Source: Octopus vulgaris (taxonomy: Eukaryota). From it: a stretch of DNA of 64,000 bases. This document shows, in pieces, positions 13,656 to 27,083 of this stretch (position 1 is its first letter; each line of letters opens with the position of its first letter). The stretch covers positions 27,714,001 through 27,778,000 of the forward strand of contig OX597816.1 of the NCBI GenBank assembly GCA_951406725.2. Direction: 5' to 3'. The notes under the pieces were generated by a model. It ran no database searches, was not told the DNA's origin, and worked only from the letters and a program-made list of their open reading frames with translations. Both the position numbers and the translations under genes were made by a program.

Positions 13656-14225
13656 AGCACAAGCATATACAAAATAGACATAACTTTCAAGACAACAGTA
13701 AATGTATTTGTTGATTCACAAGGCTTGATTCTTTACATTATAATATATGCTCTTTTATGTTCCACAGGATTTGATGTTGAAGACCCACTCAAAAGACCTT
13801 CTACAAAACAGGATGGGAGCCAGGCTTGCGACTCAGAAACTATTTTCGCTCGGTATGCCATGGAAATCTATTAGTAGCTATCAAGTGTTCTGCTGTCCCA
13901 AATCACTAGGAAGTCCATCCAGAGCATTTGAAAGTCTGATGCATGAAATGCGAATAGTTCATTTAAAAAATAAAAATATTAGTGGGAAAACAATGTTAAA
14001 AAATAATACGATTTCAGGACAAATTTGATATCGTTTACATTTAAAGGAGTCCATTGATGACAAAAGAACTCTGTATCACAGTCAGAGGTAAAGTGATTCC
14101 GAATGAAAGCTCAGCGACTCAGAGAAAACATATTTTGGTCCTTCTCACTGGTTTTGTAGCTTATTTTCGACATCAAATTGTTCTCAAAGCTATAGCGTAC
14201 CTGCATGCAGAGACAGATGGGTATG

Positions 14226-14348
<123 letters not shown>

Positions 14349-14400
14349 GTATATATATATATACATAAACATACATACATACATAAATATATATACATAC

Positions 14401-14473
<73 letters not shown>

Positions 14474-15089
14474 CATATATATATGTATATATATATATTT
14501 ATGTATGTATGTATATTTATGCAAGTATATATATTATATATATGTATATACATATACATAAACATATATATATATATATATGTATATGTGTATGTATATA
14601 TTATATATTTATCAATGTATATATGTGTGATTGCGCATGTTATGTGTGTGAGTCTAATATCACAGCGTAATAATAACATCACCTCAATCAGAAATATGCA
14701 CGCCCGCGCATATTCCTGTGTGTTAGTGCTGTGTATATAGCTGTGCGTATGTGTGTAATGGTTGGCGTCTCATGGTTTCAAAATAAATATAGTTTAGATT
14801 AAAAATATTTATGAAAACATACTTAGAACAGTAGACGTGTGAGGCAGATCACGGAAACATCTATCTTCGGATAGGGCGTAAAATATGCACATTTCATCAT
14901 GCTTAATTTTACAGATGCATTTTAGATTAAATGCATTCAAAGGGAAACATTGTAATTTTTCTTATAAGAAAAGACGTGTTAACCCTGGTGCTGAATGTCG
15001 GATCGACTTTATTATGACGGATATTTTATCTCTAAATATATACATACATGCATGAAAATGTACATGCATACACCTGTGTATCTAAATAT

Positions 15090-15151
<62 letters not shown>

Positions 15152-15322
15152 GCATATTTGTATATAGGTATATATATATATACATATATACACACTCACA
15201 CACATATATATATATGTATATAAATATATAAATACATATAAATATATATATATATATATATTCAAGAAAACCCACCACTATGAAATGTTTCCTTTATTCT
15301 TCAGTTGATCAACAATGCTATA

Positions 15323-15372
<50 letters not shown>

Positions 15373-15701
15373 TAAATGCATATGTATATATATATTGTAT
15401 ATATATATATTTTACGTATATATATATATATATATATATATACATAGATACATACATATATATACACGTACAAGTATGTATATATATATATGTGTGTGTT
15501 TGTATTATATAGACATAAATGTCTGTATATGCATGTGTGTAATGGCGAGTATCAATAAATTTTCATACACAAATTTAGTTTCATGGTGAACATCATTAAC
15601 ACCACGAAAGATAATTTCCCTCATTTATTAGTATTTTCTGTACGTGTGAAGATTTATGTGTGATTATACTTATATATCTATAGGTATATATATATATATA
15701 T

Positions 15702-15815
<114 letters not shown>

Positions 15816-15840
15816 ATATATATATATATATATATGTATA

Positions 15841-16012
15841 TACATGCATATACATATATATACATTTGCACGTATGTATTGATATACAAACACATATGTG
15901 TGTGTATGTCTATATTTATATGTGGATATATATCCACGTATGTACATGTTTCTGCGTACTTATATATATGTCTGTGTGTATGTATATGTATATAAACAAA
16001 CACACCACACAA

Positions 16013-16076
<64 letters not shown>

Positions 16077-16260
16077 GCATATACATATATATACATTTGC
16101 ATGTTTGTATGGATATGCATATACACATGTGTGTGTATGTCTATATTTATATGAGTATATATCCACGTAAGTACATGTTTAATGTGTGTATATATATATA
16201 TATATAAGTGTGTGTATATGTATATAAACAAACACACCACACATACACACATACACACAC
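15841..16260. repeat. Diverged tandem duplication of a ~231-bp low-complexity unit
   Basis: tacatgcatatacat...ctatatttatatg...tatatccacgta.gtacatgttt at 15841 and at 16072. Confidence 0.7.
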
Positions 16261-16986
16261 ATATATATATACATACACATCATACGTGATAACATACCCA
16301 GTTCATTGTAGTACGTGTAGGACTTGTAGGTAGTGATTAAAATCCGCATTCTTACATACACCTATACATGTATAAATGTACTGCATATATTTATAATCCT
16401 ATACATTCGTAAAGAAACACTTCACACACTCTCAACTTTATGCACACACGCACGCTTGCGCACACTTGCACACACACATGCATATATGCACACAGGTGTA
16501 TTTTTTTGTGCCTTCACGAAGAAAATGAATGAATGTATTTAACACCTTTAATAGAATGAAATATTTATTAAATTATTATGCTTAGTTGTAAACCAAGATG
16601 TCCCAGACTTAAAGTTTCTTATTGCAGAAGGGAATTTCACTACAATAAACTGCAGATAGCTACAACGCGTAATAAAAGCATTAGAACTGTTTTTGAAAAA
16701 TAATTTCTGTTCATTCCATTTTAAAATTATTGTACTGGGTTTCTTCTGGAATATGAAACTTTTGAATAATGGACAGTTTGAGTTTAACTGAAGCACTATG
16801 ATTTAACGTATGTACGTGCGTATGTATATGTATATACATATATATATATGTCTGTATATGTGTATAAATGTAAATTTGCGTGTTTATAATTATATATATG
16901 TACATATACATACATATAATTATATATATCTATCCATCTATATATATGCATATGCATATATAAATATATATATTTGTATATATATT

Positions 16987-17019
<33 letters not shown>

Positions 17020-17602
17020 GTATGTATATATATATATATATACATATATATACACACACGCGCTTCTTCGTTCATATTTGCTATCAATCACATATGTGCA
17101 CACGATCAAAGACTCTTATATAGGTGTATGGCTGCATGTAAAATTCTATATTGCACGTATGTATAATTCTCATTATATATACATTTTATGTAACACTGTA
17201 ATTGTGCTGGTGCAGTTTTAATCAATTGACAATACAATACTTTTTTTTTAGTTTTATCTTTGGTCAAATACTTCCGGTGTCGATATAGTCGACTTCCGTG
17301 GTCGTTATGAGCGACTGTTCGCTTCCCCAAATTTTGAGGTTTGTGTCTTTTAACAAATCAATATAATTGTTATTATTAATATCATTAGTATTTTTTTTTA
17401 TCATTATTTATCCTGTGAACATGCATACCGAATCTTTCGATAGTTTCGAAAGTTCTCTTTAAAAAATAATTAAAATCTCTTTGCATTAATTTAAAATTAT
17501 CTCAGGGACACACATACTCACCACACATTCACACATTTCATATACAAAAGCTCGCTGTCTCTCAAACACACTCACACAACACACACACGCATGTATATAT
17601 AC

Positions 17603-17652
<50 letters not shown>

Positions 17653-18662
17653 GTATAAATATATATATACATATATATATATATATGCATATATATATAT
17701 ACATATATATATATACATATATATATACATATATATATACATACATATATATATATATATAAAGTTTTATATACATGCACATACGTATGCATATGTATGT
17801 AAATATACACATAAAATGCACATTGGCGTAAGTGTATATGTGCACACACATACATATGAATTATCTTTACAACAGAAAACCTATGACTATTTGTATTGGG
17901 CAGTCATGAAATAATAGTCCATTAAACACACAAGTGTTGCGACGTAGTTGTGTGTGTGTGTGTATTTTTTTTTTTTTTTTTGCAAATATACATTTTTGGC
18001 TTCCGACATTCACAATCCTTTAACAGTCAACGTTCAGTTTTCAGGTTGGACTATATATTTACATTTGTCCTCAACTCTCTTAACTGATCTCTTTTCAACA
18101 GTTTTTCACAAGTATTTTGTTCTTGTCATTGTAAATATTTTATAAGTCTCTATATGTCTTCCACTAATTAGGATTGTTGTCATGCTCTCTATCTCTCTCT
18201 CTCTCTCTCTCTTTCACACACAAACACACACACGCACACATACACACAAATACACACACAAACACACTGGCGCATACACATTATTATCGCATATATTTGT
18301 GTAGATGTATACGCAAACACACATCTTTATGCAACTGTGTTTACACATAATGAAATTATATGCACACACATTTATGTATATATATACACATATATATATA
18401 TATATGTGTGTGTATGTATGTGTATATATGTATATATATATACGGATAAATATTTCCACATGTATATATATGTATGTATATATTTATGCATACAACGTGT
18501 GTGTATCATATACATATATGTACATATATATACGTGTATATACGTATACATATATGTATATTTATATATACGCACACACACACATATATGTATATATATA
18601 TATATATTGTATACATATTTGTATGCATATATAATATATCTTTCTTTAATGTTGAATTTGCT

Positions 18663-21452
18663 TCATGTCCGGTGCCAATCAAATCGTAGAATTCTCAAAA
18701 AGGTTCGTTTAAATTGTACATTGGCAAAAGCATAACAGAAAGGGTTAATTGGACTGTTTAAATAGCACAGCCAGTAAGTAATTTTATACAGGGTGACACT
18801 AACTTCACTGTTGCCTCCTCCCATACCGATTATGGCCACCATTAAGTGATATGGTGTCCAACACAGAACAAAGGCACCTAAGATAAATGTAATTGTTCTC
18901 AGTGCCTTCCTTGCACGATTTTCTGATTTTGATTTCGTCTTTTCCTTCTTTGATCTCCGCCGTACCTTCTGTTTACCCATATTTTTCACTATGGTTTGGA
19001 AAGGGCTGCTGTATTTTAGATTACGTTTAGAGGTTACACTAGTCAAATCGTCATTTTGATTGTTTGCGGTATGCGGTTTCTGCAGTTTGTGTTTTTCCTG
19101 TTTTTGCTGTGGATCTTGCTTTTGTTGTTTCTCTGTTTGTTCCTCTTCTAGGTGCTGTTGTTTTTGTTCTTGCTCCTGTTGTAATTCTTTCTGCTGCTCA
19201 TTGCTGTCCTCAGTCTGTTGTGGTTTTTCTTGTTCTTCTTCTTGCTCTATTTGTGTTTGTTCCTGTTGGGGATCGTGTTGCTGATGCTGCTCTTCTAGTT
19301 GTTCTTGTGTGTTTTCGTAATTTTCCAATATGGCGCCTTCATTGGCTACATTTTTATGTTCTTTCTCATAATCTGTGTCCGGAAATTGAAACGATTTATC
19401 AGGACAATGAGGAGAAAAGTCCGAAGCTGTGGAATTCACTTTCGGTATTTCCTCCATTGCCATAGTAAGTATTGTGGCTGCAGTATTATCAATTTCTGGT
19501 TCCATTTCAGCTGTTGTTATTTCTGAGGACATTGTAATTGGTGGGGGCGTTGTTGTTGTCGTGGCCGTCATCATCACAGAAGGTTGAGAGATACACTGCT
19601 GAAGTAAACTGGTCATTTCTCCTTCGCCTCCCTCTCCTCCATCTTCATCATAACTAGAATAGCTGGCTTCCGCAACTGCTGACGAAGTAGCGGTTAGGTC
19701 TATGGCCGGAGATGATGCTGAATACTTGACGAGAGATCTCCTCTTCCAAACAGGAGAATTCTGGACCTCATTACTCTCAGGTTCACATGAATCCAAAGTT
19801 ATCAAATTGTTGTCTCCAGTATATGTCGTGTCTGGCATGATTTCTGGAAGAAGCTTTATACTTTCAGCGGATTCAGCTGCTAAGTGAGGAATACTACAAT
19901 CTATCAAATCTTCTTCTTCGTCATCCTCTGCCGCGTTACCTTCGTTCTTTAATATATTTTCAGTTTCTTTAATTCCTTCTTCAAAGGCAAATTTGTTAGT
20001 TTCATTTATGAGAAGAGGGATTGTAGAGTTTTGTTTATCAACTAAAGAAGTCGATCGCGATGATTTCTGAGCAGTTTTCACTTCGGCAGGTTCATATAAT
20101 GCCATAACAGTATTTGTGTTAGCATTTGACATAGATCTATTGTTTAAACTTTCTGCTACATTATTCTTGCCTTTCTGACTTTGTTTCGTTGAAAATTTTA
20201 GATTTCCCTTAGTTTTTTTGCTGCCATTGGCTTTAATATGACTCTTACTCGTTGCCATAGGTGCATCTTCAATTAAACCGGCTGGTACTTTCCCAATATC
20301 ACACAGTAATTGTGGAAGATCCTTCGGGGATGGTTTCTTGGATGGTTTAGGAGACTGACTACTATTTTCATCATCTGAAGCAAAAGCTGGACTACTTGAC
20401 CGCTCTTCTTCCTTTTCACTGTTTCGCTTGGAACTGAAACTTGTTGTGGTCATTGCTACATTGTTTCCGTCTTTGTGATCCTTACCAGCCCCCGTTTTGT
20501 CAGCATGCCCTGCTCTTAGAGAGTGAGCTTGTCGTATCTGGTCTGTTGCCATTTCCATTGCAGCACTTATTTTTTTATGTTTTGCTTCTGATTTTCTCTG
20601 CAACATCAAGGCCACTCTGTAAATGCCTGTATATAGACCGCACATAACAATTAATGTTGTCCAATAATATCCAATTGTTAATAGTAGAAGAAACACTGGA
20701 TCACTCATGAATTGTACTTCACACTCACGTTCTGGTACTGTCCGCTTTCCAACAAAAAATTGCCAACCAATAATACATGTAAAAAAAATTGAAATTGGTA
20801 ACACCCATATCACGGCTATCATAATTATTACTTTCCTTTCTGTCCGCCAGTTTCGGTACTTGGCTGGAAGTTTAACAGAGCAAAAACGATCCATTGTAAT
20901 TAGAAATACTGTATATTGTGAAGCTAGACACACTGTCCAGTCTAGTGATAGCCAGAGGTCACATAGCCAAGGACCCATGGGCCAATATCCAAGTAGAAGA
21001 TACGATGTGAAAAATGGCATTGAAAATGATCCGATCAAAAGATCAGATACTGCCAAAGATGCTATAAAATAGTTCGTCGGTTGGCGAATGGTTCGCTCAA
21101 TAGCAAAGGAAAACAGCACCATGGCGTTACCTAGCACAGTGACTAGGCTGCACACGCCCGCCATGATACCGAGTATCACTGTTGTCCAGATTGGAAGAGG
21201 GGTTTGCGAAGATGCTTCAGAAGACATACTATACGACGTATCGTTGTTAGTTTCGTTCCATGTATCGTTCCAGGCATAGAACCAGTCCCCTAATTCTGTT
21301 GTGTTTTCAAGGCCATAACTGCTAAAGTGGACAGCAGCGGCTGCTGCCGCTGCCGCTGCCGCTGCTGCTGACGATGAACCAGAGTTGGGGGACGGTGACG
21401 GATTAACACTCATGGCGTTAAACTGATGTGTGCTATGGTTAAAAACACTCAT
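18663..21452 (-). CDS. mAChR-B: Muscarinic acetylcholine receptor, protostome B-type (mAChR-B / gar-1/gar-2-like), class A GPCR, ~929 aa, single coding exon
   Basis: Seven TM segments. Motifs: GN (TM1); NYFIASLAVSD (TM2); CDLWLSLDWTVCLASQYTVFLITMDRFCSV (TM3, with D3.32 and DRF, typical of B-type); CEVQF in ECL2; ENRARKALRTITFILGAFVLCWTPYH (TM6); YWLCYLNSPINPFCY (TM7). The ORF track starts at TTG 21464, but the first ATG is at 21452, with an in-frame TAA at 21516-21518. A second ATG in GCC-ATG context is at 21413. Confidence 0.93.
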   Translation of the reverse strand: MSVFNHSTHQFNAMSVNPSPSPNSGSSSAAAAAAAAAAAAVHFSSYGLENTTELGDWFYAWNDTWNETNNDTSYSMSSEASSQTPLPIWTTVILGIMAGVCSLVTVLGNAMVLFSFAIERTIRQPTNYFIASLAVSDLLIGSFSMPFFTSYLLLGYWPMGPWLCDLWLSLDWTVCLASQYTVFLITMDRFCSVKLPAKYRNWRTERKVIIMIAVIWVLPISIFFTCIIGWQFFVGKRTVPERECEVQFMSDPVFLLLLTIGYYWTTLIVMCGLYTGIYRVALMLQRKSEAKHKKISAAMEMATDQIRQAHSLRAGHADKTGAGKDHKDGNNVAMTTTSFSSKRNSEKEEERSSSPAFASDDENSSQSPKPSKKPSPKDLPQLLCDIGKVPAGLIEDAPMATSKSHIKANGSKKTKGNLKFSTKQSQKGKNNVAESLNNRSMSNANTNTVMALYEPAEVKTAQKSSRSTSLVDKQNSTIPLLINETNKFAFEEGIKETENILKNEGNAAEDDEEEDLIDCSIPHLAAESAESIKLLPEIMPDTTYTGDNNLITLDSCEPESNEVQNSPVWKRRSLVKYSASSPAIDLTATSSAVAEASYSSYDEDGGEGGEGEMTSLLQQCISQPSVMMTATTTTTPPPITMSSEITTAEMEPEIDNTAATILTMAMEEIPKVNSTASDFSPHCPDKSFQFPDTDYEKEHKNVANEGAILENYENTQEQLEEQHQQHDPQQEQTQIEQEEEQEKPQQTEDSNEQQKELQQEQEQKQQHLEEEQTEKQQKQDPQQKQEKHKLQKPHTANNQNDDLTSVTSKRNLKYSSPFQTIVKNMGKQKVRRRSKKEKTKSKSENRARKALRTITFILGAFVLCWTPYHLMVAIIGMGGGNSEVSVTLYKITYWLCYLNSPINPFCYAFANVQFKRTFLRILRFDWHRT

Positions 21453-21706
21453 TTCCTTAAACAACTCTTTATTTGTTTTTACTTTCTTCGGAGCACTAAT
21501 AATATCATTACACTGTTATTTTATTTGTAAATAGCGGTTGTGTTACTGGTTAGATGAGGGATTTCATAGATTTAACAATTTTTTTTCTTTCTGTCGTCGC
21601 TTCTTCTGCTGCTGTTCCTCTTTTTTTATTCTTATTATAGTTTGGTGTTACTGTTGTCAATATTTGAGTTTATGATTTCTTGTATCGTAACATTGCGTTG
21701 TTTAAC

Positions 21707-21740
21707 CTGAAAATGGAAAAGAAAAGGGGAAAATGGTCAA
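21707..21740 (-). promoter_or_regulatory. 3' splice acceptor of the receptor coding exon (exon would start at 21706)
   Basis: Minus strand reads TTGAC-cattttccccttttcttttccattttCAG|GTT: branch-like TTGAC, long polypyrimidine tract, CAG/G. Confidence 0.7.
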
Positions 21741-21990
21741 ACTTGTGAAACAGCTGTGATACAAAAGAGCTAAAAACAAAACAACAACATCAGCATCGGT
21801 TATGAATAGGGGTAGGGGCGACATGAAAAAAAAAACACATTTATTACATAGGTACATAGCTTCAGGTTTATAGAAGAGTGCTAACCTCTGCTGCTGACAC
21901 AACAGTTGTGAAGGAATTTACACAAAACATGGGAAAGAAGAAAAGGAAAAGACGGTGACAGGCAGTTAAAGAATAGATATCATAAAAAGT

Positions 21991-22372
21991 GTGGAGGCGC
22001 AATGGCCCAGTGGTTAGGGCAGCGGACTCGCGGTCGTAGGATCGCGGTTTCGATTCCCAGACCGGGCGTTGTGAGTGTTTATTGAGCGAAAGCACCTAAG
22101 GCTCCACCAGGCTCCGGCAGGGATGGTGGTGATCCCTGCTGTAGTCTTTCACCACAACTTTCTCTCACTCTTACTTCCTGTTTCTGTTGTACCTGTATTT
22201 CAAAGGGCCGGCCTTGTCACTCTCTGTGTCACGCTGAATATCCCCGAGAACTACGTTAAGGGTACACGTGTCTGTGGAGTGCTCAGCCACTTACACGTTA
22301 ATTTCACGAGCAGGCTGTTCCATTGATCGGATCAACCGGAACCCTCGTCGTCGTAACCGACGGAGTGCTTGC
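21991..22372 (+). mobile_element. tRNA-derived SINE family B, full length
   Basis: Head gtggaggcgcaatggcccagtggttagggc...; 12-bp TSD atcata(a/c)aaagt at 21979-21990 and 22373-22384. Confidence 0.9.
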
Positions 22373-22499
22373 ATCATACAAAGTATGTAATAACATGAAG
22401 GAAGCAGTCACCCTGATACAGGTGAAACCTCAACTATGGTCAATCAAGAAACCTCACAGATCCAGGATTACCCTGACCACCAAAGGTACGAGCCCTCTC

Positions 22500-23170
22500 C
22501 CATGCTTTCCAGCCTACAAGAGAATACTTTGTGCAGGGCCATTTCCGCTAACCATTTTTGCCACAGTCACCCATCTTTACTCAATTTACTTTGAGGTAGC
22601 ACTTCCTCCTCCACCCTCACTTTCCTTTCCAAGTCGAATTTACAAAAGTCAATATGAGCTTGACCGAAGAAGAAGGCGTCTTTCTTCAATCCTTTCAACT
22701 TCGTACACCACACAACGTCCTTCGGCTTAGCCGCGAAACATTGCCTGTTCTGCTTTGTTAAAATTAAGTGATGGGGTGATCCTCACAATGGATTCAGTTA
22801 ATAGTCGGATTCGTCCCACATGCAAAAATAGTTGCTTGACATAACTCCTCAAGCCAGCAATACTCGGAGAGTGCAGGGCAAAACGGACAGTCCCACCAGA
22901 CAGCACTTCCGTACCTGTAGATTTTATCTAGAACTCGCAGTACTTCTTGATAGCACTGGAATTCCTGGAAGTTATCCTTGGTAGTACCGGGCCTGAAAGT
23001 CCTCCGAGATAGACCAGCTAGTTTATCCTCGGCGACGCCTAGAGTTTCCTTAAGAATGTCATCGCTCTTAGCCACCACTAGATTTCTATATGTTGCTACC
23101 GTAGAACTTCTATCGACTGTATTACCCGACAGGTAGAGAGCGATGAGTGCCTGTCGACATTCGAAAGACC
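22500..23170 (-). mobile_element. Decayed LINE ORF2 3' fragment (probably L1/Tx1-like)
   Basis: Fragments CPFCP and KDVVWCTKLKGL..FFFGQA..ERKVRVEEEVL..KRWVTVAK; broken frames. Confidence 0.5.
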
Positions 23171-24124
23171 ATGATAATAATCACCAGGGAGTAGATAAGG
23201 GAACTATACAAAGAAAAACAAAATGTGTGGCAGTTTCCATTGAAACAAATATGTAAAAACTAAAAAAAAATAAAGATAATTATACAGCGTGCAAAACATT
23301 AACGACTGATTATAATAATGCAATCCTCATGATACAGGATGACCTCGAGGGTCAACTGAGTTACTCCGCAATCTCTCTCCAACTGTCGTTTATCGATTTA
23401 TAGTCTTAAACGTAGAGTTGTTGCACCCATTCTTGCCATTTTTGCCATTCTTATCAGTAACCTAACTTGAGACCAGTACGTCCCTCTTAATGTGTTATCT
23501 CCTTTTACAACTGAAACTATTATACGTAGATAAAAGTTAAATTAAGGAGGAAGCGTTTGACTTCAGCTCTTTCATGCTTGTCCACCATACAAAATCTTTT
23601 GCTCTCTGTAGTCATCACTCATAGAAAAATTGCCTTCGTTGCCCGGTTGAAGAAGTATAGTAGATGGACTTGATAGTCAGAGATGTGTTCTAGTCTCGAG
23701 AGCAACTATTTGACATAACTCCGCAAGTCAGTAATGACCAGACATTAAATGCGTGCATGCACAAAGGTTTCATTATTTTTGCTATATATTGAACCTCATC
23801 TGAACTGGAGAGCCTCATCCTCGGGGACTGGTATGGATAACTTCCATCTATCCATAGAAGTCTGCGGCCCGAAGGTTTTTCGATGCAGATTAGCGTTATC
23901 GTTTTCGACGACGTCCAGACTTCCCACAATGATGCCGTTGTTCTTTACCTCTGCTAACACTTATAGAAAGAAATTATATACATACATACATACATTCATA
24001 CGCCATGATAGATCGTTAGCCACTACACCTTTTTTCCACCTGTCTTCGTCTTTTGTTTTTTTTTTCGTAAACTCTCCCTATAAATTCCTCTGTCTTTCCT
24101 TCTCGGGATCTTTCCTTCTCCTTT

Positions 24125-24159
24125 GTTTCCGACGAAGAGCTCCGCTCGAAACGTTAAAC
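24125..24159 (+). ncRNA. Minimal type I hammerhead in Neptune-type pLTR relics (24001-24258)
   Basis: gttt-CCGACGA-a-GAGC tcc GCTC-GAAA-CGT-t-aaac; loopless palindromic stem III (ACGT). Confidence 0.7.
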
Positions 24160-24253
24160 CCTCCTTCTTCCCTTCTTTCCTGAGCGTCCAATAATACTTT
24201 ATTTGTTCCACGGCCTCGCGTTGCTGTGTTTTTTTGTGTTTTCTTGTTTGGAT

Positions 24254-24472
<219 letters not shown>

Positions 24473-25393
24473 AGTCATGAAATTTAAATGTTTAAGATTT
24501 AACTATATAGTAGAATTGTTAGGGAATGAAAAGAATATCGAGTAGGGAAATAAGTTTGGATTCAGCAATAGTTTCTAATGATTTCTAATTTAGGCAGACA
24601 ACATCACCGCTATTAGTTTGAAAGTCTCATCACTTCTCTCAAGCGAGGTTATATGTGTTTTGCTTCTCCACACTTAATCTTAATTCATTACAGTAACATA
24701 CTTAGTGGTATACTTTCATTACACTAGCAAGTGTGGTAAAGTCCAAGATTCGTGCTTACCGATATAATTAAAACAATGTAAGCCATTGAGATAATTATTC
24801 CGCCTTTGTCATCAGGATTTCTAGTAAATTGCATTTTTTTACTTTATTGCAGTTCGAAATCATTTGCTTCACTTCGTGAGATTTTTTTCAGTCCAAAATG
24901 CTTATTAACTTGCTTGAGAGAACTGACGAGACTTTCAAACATCTAGTGGTGATGTCGTCATCCACATCACCAATGTTCATAGTGCGGTTCAATCGATTCA
25001 ATCGCGTCCTACACGCCACGCTTGCATGTAACACCATCACCGCCTCCTCACCGCCAATAACAACCAGCACCGCCGTCACCAACAGCAACAACACCGCCAT
25101 CACCTATTCGACACCATACAGGCATTAACGCTACTATTACGACGGCATCATCAACTCGACAAAAATGACAAGACAACGACGAAGACCACCACCATTACTA
25201 TTACTACTACTACTACTACTACTACCATCACCGTCCAAAAACCAACACCACCACCACCACCGTCCCACCACATCCACCATCATCTTCTCCCTCCTCATTC
25301 TCGTCCTCATTGTCTTAATTTTATTATTATTGTCATTTATTATCATCCTCTTAATTTTATTATTATTCATGAGGCTTTTGTCATAAATACATA

Positions 25394-25562
25394 GGCGCAG
25401 GAGTGGCTGTGTGGTAAGTAGCTTGCTAACCAACCACATGGTTCCGGGTTCAGTCCCACTGCGTGGCATCTTGGGCAAGTGTCTTCTGCTATTGCCCCGG
25501 GCCGACCAAAGCCTTGTGAGTGGATTTGGTTGACGGAAACTGAAAGACGCCCGTCGTATATA

Positions 25563-25598
<36 letters not shown>

Positions 25599-25827
25599 TG
25601 TGTGTGTTTGTGTGTCTGTGTTTGTCTCCCTAGCATTGCTTGACAACCCATGCTGGTGTGTTTATGTCCCCGTTACTTAGCGGTTCGGCAAAAGAGACCG
25701 ATAGAATAAGTACTGGGCTTACAAAAGAATAAGTCCCGGGGTCGAGTTGCTCGACTAAAGGCGGTGCTCCAGCATGGCCGCAGTCAAATGACTGAAACAA
25801 GTAAAAGAGTAAAAGAGTAAAGAGAGT
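25394..25827 (+). mobile_element. SINE family A, full length, with internal (TA)n(TG)n and (gtaaaaga)n tail
   Basis: Multiple near-identical copies in the window. Confidence 0.9.
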
Positions 25828-27028
25828 ACTGCCCCACTTTCTCATTCAGTGTTTACGACTGGAAACCACCTGAATATCTCAAAGAGAGTAGAATCATACT
25901 CAAAATGTGTTCGGTGAAGTGGAATAAGCTCCGAGAGAACCAAATGCAAGTAAGTGAAAAATAGAATTAGTCTCGGAGCAAATCTAAGAAATTATAGAAA
26001 TGTAAATATGCACCGAAATGGCCACGGGATTAAGAACTTTGCTTCAAAACTATGTAATATCCGGTTTCATCCCAGAGTGAGCACAATGACCAGTATTATA
26101 CTTTACATATCATAACTTAATCCATGAGATCATCTTCCCCTCGGATGTGTTTGTGCAAAGTTCTAGCTGACCACAACATCGTGTCTCATAATCAGTTGAT
26201 ACTGTGAGGAAATTTTCGGACAACTGCATATGATGTGAGAGACATGCTTATTGTTAACTCCACAGCACATGCATCGGTTGTCGCATCTAGGGGGTTTACT
26301 GGCATCCCTATTCCTTTTCGTGCATCAGGTATTCTGTCATTTCCAAATACCAAATTCCATTCAATAGGCAATATTCGATTCTGCTGCCCGGAAATTTAAA
26401 CATTTGTGAGGCAGAGTCGAACGCAAAACACAACGTTGCAAAGTGAACTTCTCTGGAGCAGAAATTCATGTACAAAGCAAACGAGGCGCCTTAGACTTCC
26501 ATGTCATGTCTTTTGTCTTACAAGATGTTAGATGTTAGCGTTAGCCAGTTGGCTGCTGGGCAAGCACAACATGACGCTCTCCCACGCATGACTGCTAGAG
26601 CGGAACGAATTTGGAGCAAAGATTGACGCTTTCCATTGCATGCCCAGTAGAGCTAAACAAGTTAGGTTGCTATTAAATTTTTCTCTTTGATATACACAGA
26701 AAACAAAGTCGTATAATATTCATATTTATTTAGTATATATTTATATAACCTACTCTAGATAATAAAAACACAAAGAAAGCAATGAATTAACGAACGAATG
26801 ATTAAATAGAAAAATTTCAATAATCAACCATGGAAACTGATAGAAAAAAAAAAAAAACTAAAAAAAAATTTGAATAGATTAAAAGAAAATTAATGAGATA
26901 CGAGGAAATTGAAAGTGAGTGATGATGATGGCGATAAATGAATTCCTATGTTGGGTTGACTTTTCTGATGAGTGAGCCGATTGGGAGAGGGGAGGGGCAG
27001 GCAAACAGGGAGAAATAAATTGATGGAG

Positions 27029-27083
<55 letters not shown>

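Noticed and set aside
15286-15310. CTGAAGA...GAAAC on the minus strand (also ~50750-50785)
   Set aside because: No convincing stems I-III, so it could be chance in AT-rich DNA.
19060-19284. Cys-rich, metallothionein-looking ORF on the + strand
   Set aside because: It is the antisense shadow of the Gln/Glu-rich CAA/CAG/GAA codons in the receptor loop.
21462-21464. TTG start of the 933-aa ORF
   Set aside because: This is a eukaryotic locus; the first in-frame ATG is at 21452.
22075-22326. Recurrent ~80-aa ORF (also 47071-47322 and 54935-55138) resembling a small gene family
   Set aside because: It lies wholly inside SINE B copies; the recurrence reflects SINE identity.
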